A stretch of 64,000 bases of DNA from Chlorokybus atmophyticus (Eukaryota; Plantae; Mesostigma and Chlorokybus algae), in the NCBI GenBank assembly GCA_009103225.1, contig RHPI01002699.1:348578-412577 (forward strand), read 5' to 3'. Shown here piece by piece: positions 55,014 to 64,000 of the stretch. How positions within the stretch are numbered: position 1 is the first letter of the stretch; each line of letters begins with the position of its first letter. Under the pieces are notes generated by a model, which worked only from the letters and a program-made list of their open reading frames with translations, searched no databases and had not been told where the DNA came from. The position numbers and the translations under genes were made by a program.

Positions 55014-56582
55014 ATGTCGTTGAACGCTTCTAATGTGACGAACAATCGGCAGGTGACCACCACAAGCTGAGGGCCTGCATTGTCTTCCTTGAGAGGAGAC
55101 ACGTGGCAGAGGAACAACAATTCGTTGTCAAAATCTTTAGTAGAAACAACAACAGCAGAAATTGCAGGACAAGGCGGCGGAGGAGGCGGCAGCCATGGAG
55201 GTGAAGGAGGAGCAGCAGCAGGCGAACGAGGCATTCCCTGAGGATGCCATCGACTTCCTGCTGCGGGGTTTGCCTGGCGGCGGCGGTGGTGTGGCCCACC
55301 CTCTGTACGAGCACCTGGGCGAGGCAGATCTCGCCGCCCTCAGCGTTACCTGCAAAGCCGCCCGCGAAGCCATCATGGACGCTTCTAGACAGGTGCTGGC
55401 GCATGTGCATGGTCATGAGCATATGCTTGTGCAAGGGTGTCAACATGTCTGTGCATGTGTGCATGTATTCGCCATGCAATTGCCATGTATTCTTCAGCAG
55501 CACGTTAGATGCATAGGCACATTGAGTTATGCGTGGTCAACCTTCATGGAAGTCTTGGGTGTTGGTCTTGTTCATTAGCTGTATTGCATGCCCGCGCTGA
55601 TCAGCGGAGCACAATGTCAAAGAGTCATCCAGCGTCATCTGTTTTGTCTATGTAATGGCTTATGATCCTTGTTCACGCCTCGTAGCATTGTGTTTGCATG
55701 TGCACTCCCTGAAGCGTTTGCAAGACACAGCAATCACAGCACATTCTTGCAGATGGTTTAATCACTTGAGAGCTTACAACTTGTCAGTATGCGAGGACAC
55801 ACCCATTAGCTTTGCAAACTGGCACTTAGGCGCGGGTGCAGCAAGGCCAGGAGCTGGCAGCAGCATTCGGCCGCGCTGCCAGTTTCCTTCTAGACGCTGC
55901 CACTGCTCCTGGCGATCCCGCCAAGCTGCAAAATTTCTTCTCACAAGGTTGGAAAAGTGGCATACTGCACATGTTTTCAGTTCTGAGAAGTTAGATCACA
56001 TTGCAATAGCGTTGTAAGCTGACAGTATTGTGGATTGTGCACTCAGCTCACAGACATGACATGCATGGAGAGCTGTCTTCTCCATCGTCGTTGTCGTGGC
56101 CGCCTGATAAAGAAGCGTTCTGCCGAGCTGCGGGGAGGGTGTTGGGCTCGGGCATGATCACCACACCATGGGAAGATGTAAGCTGAAGTATGTGTGTGTG
56201 CGCGCGCGCACACACTAGTGCGCGTGAGTGGGCATGTGTACGCGTGTATACCTGTGCGGGAGTGACTGACATGATGATGTGTGACTGACATCATGTGTGA
56301 CAGATTTGGGACATGCTTGGGAGAGGCGGCGCAGATGGCATGCGGTCTTCTGTGCTGCAGCACATGCTGAGGCGCCACACGACCTTTGCACTGTTCTACT
56401 GCACCGTGCTGGTAATGTTTTCTGCACACGACCATGACTCAACCGCCATGGTGAATGCGATGTGCAAGGTGCAGAATGTCGTCACCGCACTGCAATGCAC
56501 GGCCACGTACGCAGTCCCGACTTTGCGCAATGTGGTCAACACGGCACGGTCTCTGCTGCCTTCTGACAAGATACCGACCTAG
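55014..56582 (+). CDS. Hypothetical protein with F-box-like N-terminal segment (exons ~55014-55052, 55168-55392, 55830-55947, 56047-56177, 56304-56582; alternative start 55195)
   Basis: A phase-consistent GT-AG chain can be built. LYEHLGEADLAALSVTCKAAREAI resembles an F-box core, and the rest is not recognised. Confidence 0.5.
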
Positions 56583-57045
56583 CCACTACCTTGTGACGTG
56601 TAGATGTGTACATATGCTTCTCTTCTGATACTGCAACCATTGCTGCTTTTACAAAGCTGCCTTCATGCGCAAATCTGCATGTCGCATGCTTGCACTGCTG
56701 GTTGAAGAAGATGTTTTCCTGCTGGCAGCCATCAACCGCTTGTTTGTCCACGTGAGCTGCTGTGATGATGGACTGTCGGCCTGCATACTACACTGTTGCT
56801 AGCATATGATGGACATTGGTCGCACTCAGAATGCTTGTGCCTGTTGTGCATAGCAGTGATAGGCACATTTGTTTATGCGAAAACCAGCAGGACGCGCACT
56901 GTCGCATTGTAACACAGACCCGCCGTCGCGCGTCACAACACGTGATAGCAGGTGCAGCACGTTTGCATGTACTGCGAGTAGACTGACCAACATTGTGACA
57001 AAAAATTTGTCTACAGGGCGAGTGCAATGCATGCATGATTAGCGC

Positions 57046-59584
57046 TCACATCTGCATCCTAAGGTGCTGAAGCTGTTCCTCAGCATGTGCAATGCCTGCC
57101 GCAAGCGTTTGCTTGTGAAGGATGCGCCACTCCAGCGCTAGCTGTGCAAGCTGCGTGCTCTCGGGTGTGTCACTTTGAAGAGAGTGAGTGAACGAGGATA
57201 AAACCTTCTGATCGTGCTCAATGCTGGTGGGCACGAGTGCCAACGACCTCATCAACTCGCTGCGAAGCCACTTGTACACCCACTCGTCGCCTTCAACACT
57301 CAACTGCTCGCCGGACAAAGCTTTGTACAACAGGTTAGCATCATCCTTGCTTAAGCCTTGCTTGTGCACCTGTGGCCAGCAACATGTGTTGGTGTGCAGA
57401 ACAAGCGTGCAGTTAACAACTGTGCACGGAGTGAATTAAGAGCGTGTGGCAATGAGTCATTGAACTGTGAGCAAACGAGCCATAATCAACTCTCACTTGT
57501 TGCTCAGCGTGCATGCGCATCGCGGTCAACAGTGCCCACGAAGGTCTACCACTTGAGTACACGCACCGCTCTTCAGCAGCACTGTACGAACACACAAACA
57601 CAACCATCAGCAACTGTTTGCTTTGTACAGTGCCAATGGTTATGTCTGCAAGCAACTCAAAGAACAACTCTCTACCTGACTGGGTTGCTGCAGGGACCAT
57701 TGATCGCTATGCTGTCACTCTGATTGTTTGCAAGGACAAACCCGTAAAGCTCTAATAGCTCCAGGTTTGTGTATCTTCCATAACACACCAGCACCTGAGG
57801 TGTGATCAGCACACTGTCAGCACACCAGATGCTATACAGTACACATTATTCACTTCAGCATGCCAACCTGCTCGTTGGGTGCATAGTCCTTCCGGGCGTA
57901 AAAGCGAAACACGTTTGCATCGGTGTCATAACAACCGTCTACCAGCGTGGCCGCAGAGCATGTGGATGGGTCCGCAACACCATCAGCTTCCATCCAGTTC
58001 AGTGCTGGCGTGCATGGGGCCGGTGGGCACGCGTAGTTGAACAAGTCGCCTACGGGGCACAGAGCCCCGGCAGAGTCGAATGGCACAAACACTGTGCGTG
58101 ACGCAATCTGCAAGCGAAAAGCATGCGTAACTAATTGAAGCAAACCTGGCTGCAAGGCATGCGATTATGGACTAACGCAAACGCGCATGTGTGCGCACAC
58201 ACATTCATGTGTACGCACCTACACGCATGCACGAGGCACGCATGCACGTACACTTGCATGTAAGAGTTGATGGAACATGGTGGCCAACCCCCATAGACTG
58301 ACAGCTGTATTCACAACAACTTCATGCAGAATGCGCTTTACACAACAGATAAGCCCAGAAAGCCCCATCAAGACATGCATATCACCCTGTCAACTCACTA
58401 CGGCGAGGGCCCAGCGGACAGCCTGCAGCGTGCAGTACTTTGCGGGAAGACCAAGGCTGAGCAACAGCTGCTTGAGCCGCTTGTGCGGGTTGCGCGCTGC
58501 AGCTGCAGCCGCCAGCGCTGCCTCCACCGCATCCTGCACCTGTCGTATCGGTAATGACTTGATACTGTCTGTAAATTTGGACGAGAGAATGGAACAAGAC
58601 CTTCATCATACCTGCAACAGTGCTGCATGGCGTGGTGTGAAGTGGGCAAGAGTGCTTAAGCTGCGCGGCAGAGTTCTCAAGTAGCGATACCAGAACGAAC
58701 TTCGCCCCTTCGAGACTTCACTCAAAATATGTGCAGCCAGGAGCTGTCACGCACACACCCTTCAGACCGTATGCATGCATGCTTGGGGGGTATGTGCATG
58801 TCAACATGTGCATGTCAGTTTGCTGGTCAATACAAATGCATGTATGCATGCATGTACGTGTGCACATGTCCAAATGTACAGGTGTATGCATGGGAATGGA
58901 GTACGATGACCAAAGCACTGCACGCATTCTTGACCAATACGATGACGAAAGCATTGCACGCATGCTTGAAGCATTGGACAACCTGCTCGGATGACAGCCT
59001 TGCCACCTGGCGAATGGCAGCTGCAAGATGACAATCCGCGAGCGCGCTCCTTTGCGACATCATGACTGAGAGCGGCACTTCCAAGACCATGGCTCCAGCA
59101 GGAATGGCACGACACGCAGCTAGCCCACGGCTGCACATGACATCAATGAGCAACTGTAATTCAAGCGCTCTTCGCTCCACCATTGCACAAGTGCATGAAG
59201 CCGCTTGCTGCTTTGACAACGCGCATGAGCAAGGCGAGTCGAAGTTACAGCTTGAATCGAACAAGCACTACTGCACATGCGGGTGCGTACGGGTTGGGTG
59301 CAATGTATGCGCGTTGCGTGACATTGCATCCATGCCGCCTGCATGTGCGCACGATTGTGTGGATGGATGCGCAATGCAGCATTGCATGTTGCATGAGTAC
59401 ATAAGTCTGGCCCCACAGCTAAGTGTGCTCGAGCGGACGCATAAGGCATGCAAGCAACGCACCCGCCGGCATCAGGAAAGTGCTCAACGCGCAGGCCTTG
59501 TGCGCGGTCTATTGGCCCAACATGGTCGCGGACTCCATGCTCAGCAGCCCAAGCGAGCAGAGCACGCATGTCCTCATCGTCCAT
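57046..59584 (-). CDS. SDG40: SET-domain (Rubisco LSMT-like class) methyltransferase, SDG40-like; multi-exon
   Basis: HFPDAGGRGLAA, VLEVP, SRTVFVPFDSAGALCPVGDLFNY, YARKDYAPNEQVLVCYGRYTNLELLELYGF, GRPSWALLTAMR, PTSIEHD and LALEWR. The orthologue name is from recall. Confidence 0.87.
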
Positions 59585-59914
59585 CTCAACAGCCCAAAGT
59601 TGAAGAAGCTTTTCACCACAGAATCACAAAACACAGCAACCGAAGCCACAAACTAAGTGGCCTCATGAACAAGGGAAGGNNNNNNNNNNNGGGGCTAAAA
59701 CTACAACAACTCTGTCAACAATGCTGCTTAACTGCCAAAATGTCAAGCTTCCCTACCGCAACTCTGTTCACCAAAAAATGTATGTGACTCTATCCTCCAA
59801 ACCTAAATTACGCAATGCACTGTGGCCATGCACAGAGCAAACAGTTCAGCTAAGCATGCCTACAGCTGAAGACTGCCAGACTGAATGAGGGTTAGGGCTT
59901 TATGGTAGTGCGTG

Positions 59915-60265
59915 TCAGCGGAGGTTGCGGTGGAGCTCCTGGGTGCAGCGCTTGAGGCAGGCGTCGTTCCAAGCTGGGATCTGGTGGGGGTTGACGCAGA
60001 CGCTGCGCTGGCAGGCCTCGGTCCAGGCGTCCTCCTGAGAAGTGCCGCAGACGGTGACGCAGGTGTTGCTGGCGGGATCGTTGGCCATGCCTCCCAGGGA
60101 CCTCAGCAGGGCGGGGCTGGCGCACACCCTCTCGCACACGAAGGGCGCGTCACCGCCGGCAGGCGCCCCTCTCCGCCGCCCGCCGCCGTCCGCCCTCCCG
60201 CCCTTCCGTAGCGTCCCAAGCAGGTACACCGGCACCGCCAGCAGTCCCCACCAGACGGTCACCAT
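59915..60265 (-). CDS. Intronless 116-aa Cys-rich protein with hydrophobic N-terminus; resembles a conserved green-plant protein of unknown function
   Basis: MVTVWWGLLAVPVYLLG...FVCERVC...NTCVTVCG...ACQRSVCVNPHQIPAWNDACLKRC, in high-GC coding-like sequence after a (GCG)n leader. The motif pattern recalls Arabidopsis At2g05310/At4g13500-type proteins (memory, unverified). Confidence 0.78.
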   Translation of the reverse strand: MVTVWWGLLAVPVYLLGTLRKGGRADGGGRRRGAPAGGDAPFVCERVCASPALLRSLGGMANDPASNTCVTVCGTSQEDAWTEACQRSVCVNPHQIPAWNDACLKRCTQELHRNLR

Positions 60266-61684
60266 GGAGGAGGAGGACAAGGAGCACGAGAAGGCCGCCG
60301 CCGCCGCCGCCGCTCGCCGCGCTAGCTCGGGTTTTGCGATATCCGGCACGCAGGATTGCAATTTGTGGCGCTGCCCTCGTTATAGCGTTGGTTGCCTCCA
60401 TTATGGACTGACAGACTTTAAGTCTCAGCCATCTTACGTATTCTCATAGCCTATTGGCAACAGGCCTACTAGGCCTTCTAGGCCTAGTGCTTCATCAGAC
60501 TTTTGCCAAAATTTTGCCATGCCTTTTAAAATTGCAAATATTTTTATAGACATTAAGGGTTTGTGCTCACTATTGCCAAGCCGTGGAATTTGCATTCATA
60601 AACTTTTATTGTTAAAATGGTATTTGTGGCCAACACAGTATTACAACGTGGTTGAGGAACATCTTTCGGCACGTTCCAAACTTGACTTTACATCTTCTCA
60701 CTGAAGGATAATCAAGTAAAAAGTACAATCGTAGTTGCTGACATAAAGGCATATCCTAGTTGCAGAGGACAGTAACAATTATCATAATTACTTGGTTTAT
60801 CTTATGTATGGCAATGCCTTACACCCTCCCTTTTGCAATCAAAAAAACTATCTTCCTTACAAAGGGCTTGTATTGATGTTATGTCAGCAATAGTAGTAGC
60901 AAGAAATTGAACGTCGACTTCCGCAATATACGAATGTAAATTCAATCGGATACTCAACAATTGATGATATGTTGCCATTTATGAGTCATAGGCTATGACG
61001 ATAACTCATACAAAATGACCGCCATACACATAAGCAAGACTCATAGACCGACTGATTGACCAATGCGCGTGCAACTCAAGCTAAGCGAATGTTAGCATGT
61101 AATGTAGGGTAACAAGCGACATTTAGCATAAACAACAGTAGAAAGATGCAGAGAATATGTGTACATGGTTGTGTATTATTTTGGCAAATCAACAATAAAA
61201 AGCGCAAAGGCAGTAAGATTGGCCCCATACCTGCATAACAAACACCCAGCGATGCAAATCGCAGGCTAAAGCATACCACCAACTAGCACAAATTCGTCCA
61301 CATCCAGCAATCGCCAACAGAGCCAACCTTGACAAACCAAAGTTCATGGTACCACAGAAAAGGCACTTTGGAGAGTGGTACAAGTGCGGGTGGGGGATTG
61401 AGTGGACGTACAAATGTAGCAAAGTGCGCTGCATACGACCTTCCTACAAGCACTTGACTAAGCCAGGCGTTAATACCATCAACAGCGTGCGAGAGCTGCA
61501 ATCCGCGCCATGTCTCAGCGTGCGGCATGTCAACACCAGGACAGGAACTTGCTTGCCTAAAACGTAATAGACCTTTGCTCATGAGCAAAGCGATTGAACC
61601 CCAGCACGTACCAGCAGCATGCCAATTGCAGCCATGCAGTGACAGCAAACACTGTGCTGGGCGCTTGTACAACATGCGAGCCAG

Positions 61685-63993
61685 TTAGGACTGCGCAGTA
61701 CTTGACTTCAACTCATAAATCTGCATGTAAGTCTCCGACAAAGCGACCATCTGCGGAAGCGTCTCCGACACATGAAGATCTTGAATGTCATACCTGCAGC
61801 ACATTTAGCTTGTGACCAAGCAGTAACCTTCATGAACCAGCATGCTCCAAGGGATCAGCAACCAAGCATGCCAAACGCACCAGATTTCTTCCGCCTTATG
61901 GAAAACTTGCACTCGGTATGTGCCCTCCTTCGGCTTGCCGTCGTGACATATGTTGGCGATGAGATCATACTTTGAAGGCAACGTCTTGTCTTGTTTATCA
62001 GTCGGCACGGGGATGTAGTCCTTCAGCTCCAGATTTTTTACAGGGAAGTTCACTGCAGAACACACATGCCACGAGTGAGCGCGACTGCCATGAGGAAAAG
62101 AGCCATGTGAGGGCTGAGGTAGTGGAATGCTGACCAATGGTGGGGTTCTTCTCAATGAAGAAGTTGTTCTTGGTGAAGCGCTTCATGTACAGGACCAGGT
62201 ACTTGGGCAGCCGCGTGATACGAAACCGCTTCTTCCCTTCCCTTATCTGCTCGGTTATCGTTTCCCCATCAAACTTCTTCAATATTGTATAGAGAGGAAC
62301 CTGAAGCACAAGTAGACACTCACACTTAGTTTGGTAACAGAGAATGTGCAATGAGTGCGCCATGTGGCAGCATGTGTGTTTTTGTCACCTGAGGTATAAT
62401 GTTTTTCTCCATCACGTCCTTGAAGAGTGGTGGAGGCGGCAGGTCAAGGCCAAGCATGAGAAATGGCAGCTTCTTAACGATTGCCATTCCAGCCTGAAAC
62501 GATGACTTCTCGTAAGCACTGCTTCATGCGAAACCTGCTGACATGTCCAGCTGCCAAGCAAGTCGGAAGTCCACCGCCACTACAAGTACAAGCATGCCAG
62601 TGTGCATACCTCTTTGTCCACGCTGCGTGCAGATGTGCTGCGCTCAGTAGTCACCTGCAGCAAGACTGTACCATTAAGTGGTACCGCATAATGCAGTAAC
62701 AATCATGACGCATGACACAGTTTACCATTACCTCCAGCTCTCCTTGGAAGCACTGGTAGATGACTGAGCTGTTGTGCTTTTTTGTACCACCAAGATCATG
62801 GTGAAGCGCATTTAGCAGCCATGAGGCAAACTCTACTGGATCCGACTGTATTGTCATGGACACAGCTATCAGCATCTTGTTGGTTGCATGCAGCATTGGC
62901 AACATATGTGCCAGGATACACACGCAACGCGCATGACCGTGGTGCAACCTGCTTACTTGATTCCCTATCCTATACTTCTTCTCACTTGCCATCATCATTG
63001 CTTGAAGGAACTCGTGCGGGCTCACCTGAGAACTGTTGAATGAGCCACATGTGACGCAAGCCAAAAAGGCAAGAAAATCCAATGTCCACACCTGACCCTT
63101 GAAGTTCCTGGGATGCCATATCTTACGGCAAAGTTCCCCAAAGCGCTGAACTAGCAGCGACTTGCAATTGACGTAATTGCTTTCAGTCAGGAAAAAATCC
63201 CGAACCGGCGTCACCCTCATAAGCGCCTGAACAATCACATTCACATAATCCGTGAAGTTTAAGTTGTTCAGCCCGATTGTGCCCGGGAGATAGTCCGTGC
63301 CTGCACAAGATGCCAGCCAACAACTTGGTCAACAACACACATAACCCACTTGTGTATGCAACACATACACAGTGAGTTAGTCAAAGCAATGCTTGATACA
63401 TAAATCACGTCAATTGATTACCATCAAGTGTGCGAGACCAGAGTTTGTTGGAGTCGATGCTGCTGATGTCGCGTGAGTTAAACGACGGGTGCAGGACATG
63501 ACGAATATCGTCGAGTGATGGGTCATCCACCTCATACCCGTCCGGAAGGCAGTACACCTTTTCGCTGTGCAAGTTTATAAACACGTGATGGCCCGCCTCC
63601 AACGCATGCGTGTATGCGTGTGAACTTTTCCCCCTTCCCTGCCAATGGGCATGTCAACTGGGCAAACAATAACTGTTGTTGTGGTCAATTGAGTCACGGC
63701 ACAGAAACAGAGGCATAGTTGTGGTCGGAGAATATTTACTCAAACGTACGCAATGATGCGGGAATGAGCTAGCAAGCTTATGGGAAATGTACAGTATATG
63801 CAACTGTATCAAAAGTTACAGAAGGCAATACAGGTCTTACAGGACTCACCTGGAAGTACTTGCCGCACACGAGGCAGCCATACACGTTGAGATTGCTGAG
63901 GCTCACACTGCAAAACTTCTCAAAATCAAAGTCCAGCATGGACCTGTTGATCGTGTCAAGATATGGACAGTCCCTCCTTGCCTGCAATAGCAT
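61685..63993 (-). CDS. USP39: U4/U6.U5 tri-snRNP-associated protein 2 (USP39/Sad1); 5' part lies beyond the window
   Basis: UBP zinc finger CPYLDTINRSMLDFDFEKFCSVSLSNLNVYGCLVCGKYFQ, HVFINL...YCLPDGYEV, PGTIGLNN, VSPHEFLQA, LDLPPPPLFKD, KRFTKNNFFIEKNPTIVNFP and LPQMVALSETY. Confidence 0.96.
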
Positions 63994-64000
63994 AGCAAAG

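Overview
Eukaryotic nuclear DNA, not prokaryotic. It has intron-rich genes with GT/GC-AG splice sites, AAACCCTA telo-boxes near gene starts and plant-type orthologues, so most likely a green-lineage (probably streptophyte) alga. All gene models were spliced by eye. Genes: KDSR/TSC10 (+), TCP11-family (-, spans an N-gap), LEC14B/DCAF11 (-), NARA5-like plastid pfkB kinase (+), a BTB-BACK-WD40 protein (-), an intron-containing hAT transposase-derived gene with an N-terminal TTF-type zinc finger and two C-terminal AT-hooks (-), SEC23 (+), an orphan F-box-like gene (+), an SDG40-like SET methyltransferase (-), an intronless Cys-rich small ORF directly upstream of it (-), and the 3' part of USP39/SAD1 (-). 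Mobile DNA: two miniature LTR elements (TRIMs, one with a perfect 5-bp TSD), a hairpin-rich TA-flanked MITE, two degenerate Naiad/Chlamys-type Penelope-like RT copies in divergent orientation, dispersed repeats related to their 3' ends, and several perfect palindromes. Best candidates for new biology: the AT-hook-bearing, apparently domesticated hAT gene; a possible bicistronic small ORF + SDG40 unit; the Penelope-like element family with ORF-less derivatives; and two TRIMs with unrelated LTRs but a related core.
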